Below are positions 31,976 to 43,331 of a DNA stretch of 64,000 bases, piece by piece. The translations under genes and the position numbers were made by a program. The stretch covers positions 736,001-800,000 of the forward strand of contig CAWAIF010000003.1 of assembly GCA_963782055.1 (NCBI GenBank), given 5' to 3'. The DNA comes from an uncultured delta proteobacterium (lineage in GTDB: Bacteria > Myxococcota_A > Polyangia > Polyangiales > Polyangiaceae). The stretch's first letter is position 1; each line of letters begins with the position of its first letter. The notes beneath the pieces are model-generated. The model searched no databases, had not been told where the DNA came from, and saw nothing but the letters and a program-made list of their open reading frames with translations.

Positions 31976-32300
31976 GTCTGAGTTACTAATCCCGCCTCCG
32001 GAGATGTCAAGCGGCGCCGTGGCGGTCCCCGGCGCTTCGTGCGCACCTGCGAGCACACCGGCGCACTCATTTTCAGGGGGATTGGGGATCGAGCACCCCC
32101 CTTCCGCGTAAGAACCCAAGGAGAGGATGGCGGCGGTGTTCCAGAAGCTCAGGCGTTCCACGCAGCCGTCCTTTTTCGGGAACTTTTGTTCGAGCGGTCT
32201 GTCCTCTCCTCTGTCCGGTCGAGCTGGCATGGGGAGCGGACCTCACGAGGAACTGAAGGCACGGGCCCCGGCGCTGTGCCATTCTTGGGGAGCCATCTGA

Positions 32301-32810
32301 ATGGACCTGCGTGCCCTGAACGTCGTGCTCGTGCTCATCATCGGCGGCCTGTTCCTCGCGAGCGGCACGCAGCGCGAGAGGTCCGTCCTGGCCGCAGGTC
32401 ACGAGGCAGAAGTGAGCGCCCTCGAGAACACCTACGCCGCCCACCCCGACGCGGCCTCGCTCAAGGATCTCGCCCAGTCCTACATGGACGCGAACGCCCC
32501 CGGCCTGGCGGTCAACGCCATCGAGTCGGCGCCGCCCGCCCTCCAGGGCGACGCGCGCGTCGAGCACGCCTACGCCCGCGCCCTGCTGGACTCCGGCCGC
32601 GCCAACGACGCCCTCGTCGCCGAGCGCAAGGTGCTGGCCTCCTGCGCGACGGACGGGTGCGACACCTGGCTCCTCGCCTCCGCCACCCGCCGGGCGGATA
32701 TCCTGGCCGAGCTGGTGCAGCTCGGGATCGAAGACGCGCAGGCTCACCCCGAGGCCAGCGCCCTCGCCTATCACGCCGCCACTCGCGAAGCTCGTCTGGC
32801 CATCCAGTGA
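32301..32810 (+). CDS. Hypothetical membrane-anchored TPR-like protein
   Basis: N-terminal TM and helical repeats. GGGGAG SD upstream. Confidence 0.7.
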   Translation: MDLRALNVVLVLIIGGLFLASGTQRERSVLAAGHEAEVSALENTYAAHPDAASLKDLAQSYMDANAPGLAVNAIESAPPALQGDARVEHAYARALLDSGRANDALVAERKVLASCATDGCDTWLLASATRRADILAELVQLGIEDAQAHPEASALAYHAATREARLAIQ

Positions 32811-33631
32811 GATCGCCGAGGGTCATCCTCGGCCTGCTGCTGCTCGCGACGGTGGGGTGTGCCCTGCACGAGCACAAGATGGCGGTGCGCCCGGCGGCCA
32901 ACGCCATCCCGGACGAGACGGACCCTCAGCGGTACTTCAACCCGCCTTTCCAGCTCGCCGTGCCGGAGGACGCCATCGTGCGGATCGTCGGCCCGGTGAC
33001 CACCTGCTCCGGCACCCTCATCGACGAGGACCTGGTGCTCACCGCGCACCACTGCGTGGTGAAGCTCACCGCCGACGAGCACTACACACGGACCACCCTC
33101 CCGCCGAGCCAGATGCAGGTGGAGCTCGGCGGCGATTACCTGCCGTGGGGCACCGTCGCGGTGCGCGAGATCGTCACCCCGCCCTGCGGGGAGTCGGGCG
33201 GCGCGGGCGATCTGGCGGTGCTGGTGCTCGACCACAAGCTGATCGGCATCGTCCCCTACACGGTGCGGCTGGACCAGGCGCCGCTGCGCGGGCAGACGGT
33301 GGACCCGGCGGGCTTCGGCCGGTGCGCGCTCTCCGCCGATGGCATCCACCGTGAGGTGCGCGCCGGCGGCCGCATCCGCGCTCTCACCAAGGACACCATC
33401 GGCGTCGTCGCCTCGGTGTGTCCGGGCGACTCCGGCGGCCCGGTCTTCCTGCGCGGCAGCCACGAGATCGTCGGCGTCGTCAGCCTGAGCGCGATGGACG
33501 GCGACGAACACACGCGCAGCCCCTCGATCATGGCGCGCGTGGACGCCTTCCGGTCGCTCTTCGCCGAGGCGCGCCTCATCGCCGACGGCCAGAACAAGGC
33601 CGAGCTCCCGCCGCTCTCCTGCAACAGGTAA
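32807..33631 (+). CDS. Trypsin-like (S1) serine protease lipoprotein
   Basis: CSGTLI, LTAHHC, DLAVL and GDSGGP. GTGA overlap with the upstream gene. Confidence 0.9.
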   Translation: MRSPRVILGLLLLATVGCALHEHKMAVRPAANAIPDETDPQRYFNPPFQLAVPEDAIVRIVGPVTTCSGTLIDEDLVLTAHHCVVKLTADEHYTRTTLPPSQMQVELGGDYLPWGTVAVREIVTPPCGESGGAGDLAVLVLDHKLIGIVPYTVRLDQAPLRGQTVDPAGFGRCALSADGIHREVRAGGRIRALTKDTIGVVASVCPGDSGGPVFLRGSHEIVGVVSLSAMDGDEHTRSPSIMARVDAFRSLFAEARLIADGQNKAELPPLSCNR

Positions 33632-33709
33632 AACGCGAGCCCCCGGCCCCGCATCCATCCTTTTGGGGTATGAACTCCCCTCCCGGATCGTTCGGGGAGC
33701 GAGGGCAAG

Positions 33710-35542
<1,833 letters not shown>

Positions 35543-35547
35543 GTCGC

Positions 35548-35991
35548 CTAGCGGACGGCGGAGTCCAGCAGGATGGTCACCGGACCATCGTTGACGGCGT
35601 CCACCATCATGTGCGCGGCGAAGCGGCCGGTCTCCACGCGCACCTGCGCGCGCGCGTCGCGCACGAAGGCCTCGTAGGCGGCCTCCGCCTCGGCGGGCGG
35701 CATCGCCGCGTCGAAGCTGGGGCGCTTGCCGCGACGCAGATCGCCGTAGAGGGTGAACTGGCTGACGACCAGGAGAGCGCCGGCGACGTCGACCACGCTG
35801 CGGTCCATCTTGCCCTGGTCGTTCGGGAAGATGCGCATCCCGAGCACCTTGCCGACCATCCAGGCGCGCTCGGCGTCGCCGTCGCCCTTTCCCACGCCGA
35901 GGTAGACGAGCAGGCCCCTCTCGATGACGCCGGTCTCGTCGCCGTCCACCGTCACGCGCGCGCGCGACACACGCTGGACGACCGCCCTCAC
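35548..35991 (-). CDS. dtd: D-aminoacyl-tRNA deacylase
   Basis: RAVVQRV, SQFTL and NDGPVT. Confidence 0.96.
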   Translation of the reverse strand: MRAVVQRVSRARVTVDGDETGVIERGLLVYLGVGKGDGDAERAWMVGKVLGMRIFPNDQGKMDRSVVDVAGALLVVSQFTLYGDLRRGKRPSFDAAMPPAEAEAAYEAFVRDARAQVRVETGRFAAHMMVDAVNDGPVTILLDSAVR

Positions 35992-36111
35992 GCCTGTTCA
36001 CCCCGGGGCGGCACGCGCCGCCCCGCCCCGAGAAACGCGGCTTCTCGGGGCCCCCACCCCACGCGGGCGCGACTTCGTCGCGCGACTTCGACGCGTGAGC
36101 AGCTCACGATC

Positions 36112-36522
36112 TCACCCGAGCTCCCGCGCCAGCTTCGCGGTGACGGCGAAGTACGTCTGGCGATCGTACGGCTCGTTCAGGATGTGGAAGTCCTTGCGGG
36201 CGAGGCCCACGCACCCGAAGGCGTAGTTGCACCCGCTGCAGCCGACGCAGCGGACGAGGTACGCGCTCTGCGTGCAGCGCTCGCAGTCCTCGCAGTGCGA
36301 ACAGCTCATGCAGCCGCGGCAGCCGGCGCAGTGCGAGCACTCGGTGCAGTCGTCACACCGGGTGCAGTAGTGGCAGCGGGCGATCTGCTTGCAGTCTGCA
36401 CAGAACGTGCAGTCCTGCGCGCGCTCGCACCGCTCGCAGCCGATGCAGCCGTGGCTCTCCACCCCCCGCCCGGCGGACGACAGGAGCTTGCGAAAAGCGG
36501 CCTCGAACTCGCTTCGGGTCAT
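36112..36522 (-). CDS. Cys-rich CxxCxxC-repeat protein
   Basis: 22 Cys in 3-residue periodicity, ending FGCVGL...ILNEPY. Confidence 0.8.
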   Translation of the reverse strand: MTRSEFEAAFRKLLSSAGRGVESHGCIGCERCERAQDCTFCADCKQIARCHYCTRCDDCTECSHCAGCRGCMSCSHCEDCERCTQSAYLVRCVGCSGCNYAFGCVGLARKDFHILNEPYDRQTYFAVTAKLARELG

Positions 36523-36607
36523 GGGTTCCGGAGGGTGCCAGCCCCCCGGGCGGCGCGAAAACACAAAAAGTTGGCCCGGGTATGTCGATGTAGGCATTTG
36601 TGGGGTC

Positions 36608-37708
36608 ATGAAGGCCGCAACTCCCCCCGCCCTCTTGATTGGCTCCCTCCTGATCGCCTCCACCGCGCTCGCGAAGCCGGCGGAGCACGCGCACAGGTCC
36701 AGGCACCACCATCGCCACCACACGACCGCCATGCACACGACGCAGGTGCACTCCAAGGACGACTCCCGACCCGGGCGCGCCGACCTGCCGCCGCTCGTGT
36801 CCCATCACGCCGGCGCCGCGCACTCCCACGTCGCCGAGCACCGCGACGCGCACGAGGGCTCTGCGAAGGACGCGGACCACGACGCCTCACCCTCTCGCGA
36901 CCGGAAGAAGGACGGGAAGAAGAAGACGTCTGCGCCGGCGAGGGAGGTCGGGCATCACGCCAAGGCCCACGGCAAGCACCACCACAAGAAGAAGGCGAAG
37001 CCGAAGCCGCCCTGCCTGCGCGATCCCATCACCCTGACGCGCGGGATCGAGCAGGAGCGCTTCTCGCTGACGAAGTGCGACGGCGCGGTCGCGCCACTGG
37101 CGGTGGACCACATCTCCATGCTCGCGCGCCCCGGCAGCATGCTGCGGCCGGACAGGAGCTTCGCCCAGCTGGCGAAGAAGCAGGGGCCGTTCCTCGCGCC
37201 GGGGATCAAGCGGATGAACCCGGGGCTGCCGGTGCGCCTGCAGGCGGTCGTCGACCACTTCGCCAGGAAGGGCAAGCCGGTGACGCTGCACCTCATCTCC
37301 GGCTACCGCCCGCAGAGCCACGGCAGCTACCACGCCAAGGCGAGCGCCATGGACTTCAACATGGAGGGTGTCAGCAACGAGGCGCTGGTCGCCTTCTGCA
37401 AGACGCTCGACGACACCGGGTGCGGCTACTACCCCAACTCCACGTTCATCCACATGGACGTGAGGCCGACGGGCACCGGTCACGTGGCGTGGATCGACGC
37501 GAGCGGCCCGGGCGAGCGGCCTCACTACGTGGCGTCGTGGCCGCCGCCGCCGGAGCCCAAGCCGACGGAGCTGGGCGACCGGCTCGCCAAGATCCTGCCG
37601 GGCGTGCCTGTCGACTCGCATCCCGCCGAGGTGATGGGCGGCGCCGTCCCGCCGCCTCCCGCCGCCCCGCTCCCGGGCGACGTCGAAGGTCTAGAGACCG
37701 CCCTCTGA
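36608..37708 (+). CDS. YcbK/DUF882 (peptidase M15-like) protein with His/Lys-rich N-terminus, copy 1
   Basis: Signal peptide, ISGYR, SYH, AMDF and GYYPNSTFIHMDVR. Confidence 0.85.
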   Translation: MKAATPPALLIGSLLIASTALAKPAEHAHRSRHHHRHHTTAMHTTQVHSKDDSRPGRADLPPLVSHHAGAAHSHVAEHRDAHEGSAKDADHDASPSRDRKKDGKKKTSAPAREVGHHAKAHGKHHHKKKAKPKPPCLRDPITLTRGIEQERFSLTKCDGAVAPLAVDHISMLARPGSMLRPDRSFAQLAKKQGPFLAPGIKRMNPGLPVRLQAVVDHFARKGKPVTLHLISGYRPQSHGSYHAKASAMDFNMEGVSNEALVAFCKTLDDTGCGYYPNSTFIHMDVRPTGTGHVAWIDASGPGERPHYVASWPPPPEPKPTELGDRLAKILPGVPVDSHPAEVMGGAVPPPPAAPLPGDVEGLETAL

Positions 37709-37794
37709 CCCCTCCCCATCCCCCCCTCTCCACGAAGTGGAGAGGGGGTTGGGGGGTGAGGGGGTTGGGGGGTGAGGCGGTTGGGGGGGTGAGG
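37709..37794 (-). repeat. REP-like palindromic element with triplicated arm
   Basis: CCCCCTCTCCAC-GAA-GTGGAGAGGGGG hairpin plus 3 x GGTTGGGGGG(G)TGAGG, between convergent genes. Confidence 0.75.
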
Positions 37795-38262
37795 TCACGT
37801 GACGCCGGGCTTCTCCAGGAGAGCGGCGACAGCCTGGCGGACGTCGTCGACGTGACGGTCGATGAGGATCTCGTGGTGGAAGACGTGCCGCACGATGCCT
37901 CCGGCGTCGACGATGAAGGTGACGCGCTTGGGGACGGAGAAGAGCGGCCAGAGCACGCCGCAGCTCCGCGCGATGGTGCCGCCCTCGTCGCCGACGAGCG
38001 GGAAGGGGACGCCGGTCCACTCGGCGAACTCGCACTGCTTGTCGTGTGGATCGGGCGAGATGCCGATGACCTCCACGCCCATCTCGGCGAGGTCGGGGTA
38101 CTCGTCGCGGAAGCCCTTCGTCTCGCGGGTGCAGCCGGGGGTGAACGCCTTCGGAAAGAAGTAGACGACGAAGGGGCGGCCCCGCAGCTCGGCCGTGGAG
38201 ATGGTGCGACCCTCGGTGGTGCGCGCCTTGAATGCTGGGATGGGGTCGCCGATTCGAATCAA
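37795..38262 (-). CDS. bcp: Peroxiredoxin BCP/PrxQ family, copy 1
   Basis: YFFPKAFTPGCTRE, GISPD, FPLVGD and RVTFIVD. TTG start after GGAG. Confidence 0.9.
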   Translation of the reverse strand: MIRIGDPIPAFKARTTEGRTISTAELRGRPFVVYFFPKAFTPGCTRETKGFRDEYPDLAEMGVEVIGISPDPHDKQCEFAEWTGVPFPLVGDEGGTIARSCGVLWPLFSVPKRVTFIVDAGGIVRHVFHHEILIDRHVDDVRQAVAALLEKPGVT

Positions 38263-38390
38263 CGCTACTCCCGATGGATGCTCCGGACGGGCTCCCAGTT
38301 GCAGCCCGCGTGCTGCGCCTGGGCCCAAGGGATCCGGAGGTCCACCCCGCATTGTCGCTCGCCCGGCGGATTCCGGCCATAATGGTCTTC

Positions 38391-38897
38391 GTGACCGAGG
38401 CGAATCCGGACGCGGCCCCCGAGGATCAGGTCGAGCTGGCCGGCGCGCGACCCGACGAGACGGGGGCGCAACCCGCCGAGCCCGGCGCGCAGCCGGCCGA
38501 GAGTGGGACGTCGTCCGACGGCGAGGAGGAGGGCGCACTCGAGGAGCACGCCGAGGAGCCTGAGCCGTCCGGCGACGCCATCCTGGACGCCCTGTGGACC
38601 AAGACGCTCCAGAGCTGGGAGGACGACAAGCCCCACGCCGCGCTGCTGGAGTACGCGATTCGTCAGGAGCGGCTGCCCGACCTCGCCGGCCTCTACCGCG
38701 GCCTGCGCGACGACCCGCAGAGGGGCGAGCTGGCGAAGAAGAAGCTGGACGGCATCGTGGTGGCGGCCACCCAGATGCTCTTCGCGATGAAGACGCCGCG
38801 CCCCACCAAGACGCCCTTCTGGATGCTGGCGAGCGCCTTCGCGACGTGTGCCATCCTGCTCGGCTGGCTGGCGTACGCGATCCTCCGGCCTCAGTAG
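38391..38897 (+). CDS. Hypothetical protein with C-terminal TM anchor, copy 1
   Basis: Conserved with copy 2. CATAAT lies 7 nt before GTG in both copies. Confidence 0.75.
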   Translation: MTEANPDAAPEDQVELAGARPDETGAQPAEPGAQPAESGTSSDGEEEGALEEHAEEPEPSGDAILDALWTKTLQSWEDDKPHAALLEYAIRQERLPDLAGLYRGLRDDPQRGELAKKKLDGIVVAATQMLFAMKTPRPTKTPFWMLASAFATCAILLGWLAYAILRPQ

Positions 38898-40534
38898 CCG
38901 GTGGACTTCGGCGCGGGGTCGTTGCTCTTGGTGATGCCGTGGGCGAGGACGTACGCCTCGAACTGCGTCGACTCCTGATCGAGCGCGTCGATCAGCGCGG
39001 CGACGGCGTCGACGGCCGCGTCGGCGGAGGCACCCTTCAGGTTGGCGGTGCGGTTCTGGGCGTCGTAGAGCTCGGCGCAGACGTAGTGGAAGATGTCCTG
39101 CTGCGCGCGCCAGTCGAGCTCGCTCTTGGGCACGATGCCGGAGAACGCCGACTCCACCGCGGCCACCAGCTCGGGGTGCTTGTCGCGCAGGTAGTCGGTC
39201 GCGAGGACCTTGAGCGTCGACATGTCGGGGTACTCCTGCATGTCGGCGCCGTTGTTGAGGACGTCGGCGTAGGACGGATCGCCCGGCCGGAGCTGGTTGC
39301 CCACGATGACCTGGCCGGTGATGGGGTCGCCGGCGGAGTCCTTCTGCCCGGGCCGCGCGAGGGCGCGGACGACCAGGCCGTAGAACTGCGCGCTCGTCAT
39401 GTTGTAGCCCCAGCCGAGGGTGGGCCAGCCGAAGGCCATGCCGCGGTAGTCCTCGATCGCCATGACGGCGTACCAGTCGGTGATCGCCGAGCGGCCCGTG
39501 GGCGAGAGCTGCGAGGCGCGCGCGGGGTCCGACTTCGCCAGCAGGTCCATCATGGTGCGGGCGTAGATCGCGTCGTCCGACGCGGGCATCGCGCCCATGT
39601 CCAGGAGCTGCCGGCCGAAGGTGCTGGCGAGGGGGCCGTGGAGCGGCGTCTGCATCGCGACCACGCCGATGCGCTCGGCGCGCGCCGGGCGGTCGGTGAT
39701 GAAGTACGCCATCGAGTCGCTGGTGATGGGCAGGCGCACCGAGCGTCCGGCGGCCGTCGAGAAGTACATGGAGAAGGTGGAGATGGCGAGGCCGGCAAGG
39801 CTCGGGTCCTTCAGGTTCGCCGTGATGGCGCTCGTGAACTTCTTCTCCTTCGTCAGCCGGTGCGGCGTCGTCCTGAGGTGGTCGACGGCGGTCACGATGC
39901 TCGCGAAGGCGGCGTTGCGCTCCGACCAGGTGCTGCCCTTGAGGTACTTGTACTGCCAGGAGCCGTGCTTGTAGAGCTCGCACGTGTGCAGCCACGCGCC
40001 GACCTTGCTCGCGTGGAAGATGGTGTACGACTCGCGGTCCTGCTGCGCCGCGGGCGCGAGCTCCTCCAGCAGGAAGGAGCGGAAGGGGCGATCGCCCGGG
40101 AGCTTCAGGGTGATCGGCTTCTTCGCGTAGTAGTCGCGCTTGAGGTGGATGGTGTGGCCAAAGGCCGTGCCCTCGATGACGTCGTCGCTCGGGTACCAGC
40201 TGTTGGCCTCGATCGCGAGGGAGCTGGATCCCTCGGTGAGGGTGTCGCCGCTGCGCGTGAGCGCGTGGTCGGAGCCGTCGACCAGGTCGAGGCGGATGCC
40301 CGCCGCGGGCCAGGACTCGATCATGGAGTCGCCCGTCTGCTTCTGACCGTCGACCGTGGTGATCCACAGGCCGTTCAGATCGTCGTCGCCGAGGGAGAGG
40401 CCCTCGTAGGTCTCGTCGGAGGTGTCCTCGGTGGTGGCGGCGCTGCAGCCGGTGAGGGCGGACTGCGCCAGCAGGGCGAGGGCGGGGAGCAGGAAGAGGC
40501 CGAGGTAGGGGCGATTTTTCACGGGGAAATCCAT
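38891..40534 (-). CDS. Hypothetical 547-aa lipoprotein, copy 1
   Basis: Lipobox LTGC, with mostly synonymous differences from copy 2. Confidence 0.85.
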   Translation of the reverse strand: MDFPVKNRPYLGLFLLPALALLAQSALTGCSAATTEDTSDETYEGLSLGDDDLNGLWITTVDGQKQTGDSMIESWPAAGIRLDLVDGSDHALTRSGDTLTEGSSSLAIEANSWYPSDDVIEGTAFGHTIHLKRDYYAKKPITLKLPGDRPFRSFLLEELAPAAQQDRESYTIFHASKVGAWLHTCELYKHGSWQYKYLKGSTWSERNAAFASIVTAVDHLRTTPHRLTKEKKFTSAITANLKDPSLAGLAISTFSMYFSTAAGRSVRLPITSDSMAYFITDRPARAERIGVVAMQTPLHGPLASTFGRQLLDMGAMPASDDAIYARTMMDLLAKSDPARASQLSPTGRSAITDWYAVMAIEDYRGMAFGWPTLGWGYNMTSAQFYGLVVRALARPGQKDSAGDPITGQVIVGNQLRPGDPSYADVLNNGADMQEYPDMSTLKVLATDYLRDKHPELVAAVESAFSGIVPKSELDWRAQQDIFHYVCAELYDAQNRTANLKGASADAAVDAVAALIDALDQESTQFEAYVLAHGITKSNDPAPKSTGY

Positions 40535-40613
40535 GGGAGGCGTGGTTGTACGGGGCAGACCTACATCACCTTCCCACCGGGGCGCAATGCCCTGGGTGGG
40601 AGGGGGGCGGAGG

Positions 40614-42053
40614 CTAGTGGAACGCCCACTCGGGGGCGGCGTCGCAGGAGACGAGCGGGATGGTGGAGGCGACGCCGTCGCTGGCGAAGTCCTGCTGGAT
40701 GTCGGCGAGCGTCTCGCTGCCTCCGCTGATCGGGAGGTTGGTCTCGGTGTCGGCCAGGCTCTTGGGCGCGCCGCACGCGTCGATGGCGGTGTACGCGCGG
40801 TCGTCGCCGATGGCGGAGACGATGTCCGGCGCGCCGTAGAACGCCTGCCCGGAGACGGTGGTGAGCATCACGTCGGCGGGGCCGGCGTCGATGAGGGCGC
40901 GGTAGGGATGGGCGACGTCGCCGCGGACCACGACCAGGTCGGCGAAGAGCCCCTTGCGGATGGATCCGATCTTGTCGTCCATCGCGACGGTCTTCGCAGG
41001 GTTGATCGTCACCATGTCGACGAGCTGGCGGTCGGTGATGAGGCTGCCGAAGCGCTCGCGGTTGACGCGATCGGCGACCTTCAGCTCGCCCAGGACGTTG
41101 GCGCTGCCGGAGGGCGACCAGTCGGGGGCGATGGAGACGGTGATGCCGTCGGCGAGCGCGGTGGGGATGTCGGTCGTCTGCCCGTAGAGCGCCAGGTTGG
41201 AGAGGGGAGACCAGACGATCTTCATGCCGGCCTGACCCATCTTCGCGAGGCGCGGGGCGTCGAGGGCGGTGGCGTGGATGGCGACCACCTGCGGTTTGAC
41301 CAGGCCGATGTCCTCCAGGTGATCGAACTCGGCGCGGGAGGAGTCGTCGACGCCCTCGGCCAGGTGGATGAAGAAGGCCTTCGTCTTGCCGCTCTGGAAC
41401 TGGGCGTTCAGCTTGTCGGCGTCGGCCTGCTTGAGCGCGGTGACCGGGAGCACGTCCTGGCGGATCTCGTCCTTGCAGAAGTTCTTGTACTCCACGTTGC
41501 GCACCCACGAGCGGGTGCAGACCAGGTCGGCGGAGCCCTGGATGGTGGTGGTGCCGCCGGCGAGGGCGCGGAACTCGCCGTACTTCACCGCCTCGCACAT
41601 GTGGTGGGCCTTCTTGACTGCGTTGTATGGCGCCTTCACCGCGGCGGAGTACGCGCTGGCGCGCGCCCACTGGTAGCGGTCGCTCCAGCGCCGGCCGGAG
41701 TTCCAGAAGGGGATGAAGTCGTAGGCGACGTGGTTGTGGAGGTCGATGAGGCCCGGCGCGATGACGCCGCCGGTCTCGATGATCTTCGCGTCGGACGGGA
41801 CATCGGCGACGTCGGTCACCACGCCGGTGATGTGCTCGGCGGAGACGACGACGTACGCGGTCTCGGGGCCGTCGGGCAGCAGGGCGGTGCCGTGAAGGGC
41901 GTAGGTGGGGCCCGCGATGGCGGTGCAGCCGGTCTGGTAGGACGACGACGACTGCGAGTCATCGGCGGTGGTCTCGCCACCTGCCGACGAGCAGGCGGCC
42001 GACGCGAGGCACACCGCGGCCATCAGCGCGGCCGCGCGAACGAACGTACGCAT
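40614..42053 (-). CDS. Amidohydrolase-superfamily lipoprotein, copy 1
   Basis: PGLIDLHNH, IHLAEG, AIHA, APDW and GSIRKGLFADLVV, with lipobox SAAC. Confidence 0.9.
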   Translation of the reverse strand: MRTFVRAAALMAAVCLASAACSSAGGETTADDSQSSSSYQTGCTAIAGPTYALHGTALLPDGPETAYVVVSAEHITGVVTDVADVPSDAKIIETGGVIAPGLIDLHNHVAYDFIPFWNSGRRWSDRYQWARASAYSAAVKAPYNAVKKAHHMCEAVKYGEFRALAGGTTTIQGSADLVCTRSWVRNVEYKNFCKDEIRQDVLPVTALKQADADKLNAQFQSGKTKAFFIHLAEGVDDSSRAEFDHLEDIGLVKPQVVAIHATALDAPRLAKMGQAGMKIVWSPLSNLALYGQTTDIPTALADGITVSIAPDWSPSGSANVLGELKVADRVNRERFGSLITDRQLVDMVTINPAKTVAMDDKIGSIRKGLFADLVVVRGDVAHPYRALIDAGPADVMLTTVSGQAFYGAPDIVSAIGDDRAYTAIDACGAPKSLADTETNLPISGGSETLADIQQDFASDGVASTIPLVSCDAAPEWAFH

Positions 42054-42199
42054 CGAGAAGCTCCTTCTTGGGGCGGAACGCGCCGCGCGCCCGGGACCCG
42101 GGGCGGTGCGTTCGTGGAAGTGGCGGCGCGTGTGGCCGCGATGGTTCCGATGTACGCGGCTGTCGTCGGGAAGTTTCCCTCCCGGTGCGCGAGGGGGCG

Positions 42200-42883
42200 C
42201 TACCGTCCTCGCGCCTTCCGACGTGGCGTGCCCGGCGTGACGCGTGGGCGTTCGCCGCTGACCGCTCTTGGTGCCTGCACTGCGCCGCCAGCCATGGCGA
42301 CGCACTCGCGCAAGAGCCGTGCGCTTGCGATGTCGAGGCTGCGGTCGCCGGTCTTCTGCACGAGGTTGTGCACGTGAGTGTCGAGGGTGAGGCGGGAGAT
42401 ACCCATCTCGGCTGCCAGCTCGGAACGCTCCACACCGAGCGCGCTGCGCTCGAGCAGCTGCCGCTCGCGTACGGTGAGCTGGTACTGGCGTGCCCAGCCG
42501 AGCGCCATCTCGAGGATCCCGGCATGCCTCTGCATCGCGCGCCGGGCGAACGCCACGACGTGCTCGGCTCGCGCAGGCTTGGGGAGATACTCAGCGTCCA
42601 GCTCGTAGGCGCGGCGAGCCACATCCGCTCCGTGCGACCCGGTCAGGACCAGAATGGGCATCGTGCGGCCGCGAGCCCGGACCTCCGCGACGAGCTCGAC
42701 ACCATCACCATCGGGGAGACCCGGATCGACGATCACGGCGCACCACGCGTCGTGGCCACCCAGCCGCCTGCGTCCGTCCCGCACAAGACGGCAGTGCGTG
42801 ACGCTACCGTAGGGCCGCAAGAGGCGCGTCAAGGCCGACACGACAAGACCGTCGTCCTCGACGAGGAGGAAGCCCGCACCCAT
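42200..42883 (-). CDS. Response regulator (REC + LuxR-type HTH), intact copy
   Basis: LLVEDD, VDPGLPDGDG, LVLTG, YLPKP and LTVRE...MGIS..T..TH. Confidence 0.9.
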   Translation of the reverse strand: MGAGFLLVEDDGLVVSALTRLLRPYGSVTHCRLVRDGRRRLGGHDAWCAVIVDPGLPDGDGVELVAEVRARGRTMPILVLTGSHGADVARRAYELDAEYLPKPARAEHVVAFARRAMQRHAGILEMALGWARQYQLTVRERQLLERSALGVERSELAAEMGISRLTLDTHVHNLVQKTGDRSLDIASARLLRECVAMAGGAVQAPRAVSGERPRVTPGTPRRKARGR

Positions 42884-42899
42884 GAGGCAAGGTTACCCC

Positions 42900-43325
42900 C
42901 CCCCCGGGACGACCGTCCAGTCCCGTCGCACAGGCCCCGCAGGGCAAGACGCGGCAGGCGCAGTGGTAGGGCGCCTGGTCGCTGTGCCACCCGCAGTGCT
43001 CCCATAGTCCACTTTCGGGATGGATGTATGAGAGGGCGCATCAAATACGCTGCAACCCGCCATCTGGTGCGTACCGGGCTTGGACGGCGTGGTCGCAGTC
43101 GGCCACGGCCCCAAGACGGGATCGCAGCACTCTCCGACGTAGCCCCGGTCCGCCCCGCCCCGACCTTTGAGGCCGATCCATCTCCTTGGAAGGCGTCGTC
43201 GACGTTGCCGCCGCCTCGTCCCCAGATCCTTCCCCCCGCACGTGGCGGCAGTGAGCAGCAGCCCGCCGGCCGCCGCGGCGAGGAGGGAGAGGAGCAGGGA
43301 TTTGGAGCGGCTTGCGCGCCTCCAG
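42900..43325 (-). pseudogene. Degenerate paralog of the adjacent Cys-rich lipoprotein, copy 1
   Basis: Fragments SLLAAAAGGLLL..CGG, GYVGECCDPVLG and VADCDH...DGGLQRI*CAL lie in different frames. Boundaries approximate. Confidence 0.7.
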
Positions 43326-43331
43326 CTCGGG

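Noticed and set aside
37709..37794. CRISPR array from repeated GGTTGGGGGGTGAGG
   Set aside because: Repeats are short and adjacent with no unique spacers, and there are no cas genes.
43041..43043. Selenocysteine or readthrough at the in-frame TGA in the Cys-rich paralog
   Set aside because: The same locus has additional frameshifts and the intact paralog has Tyr at this position, so decay is simpler.
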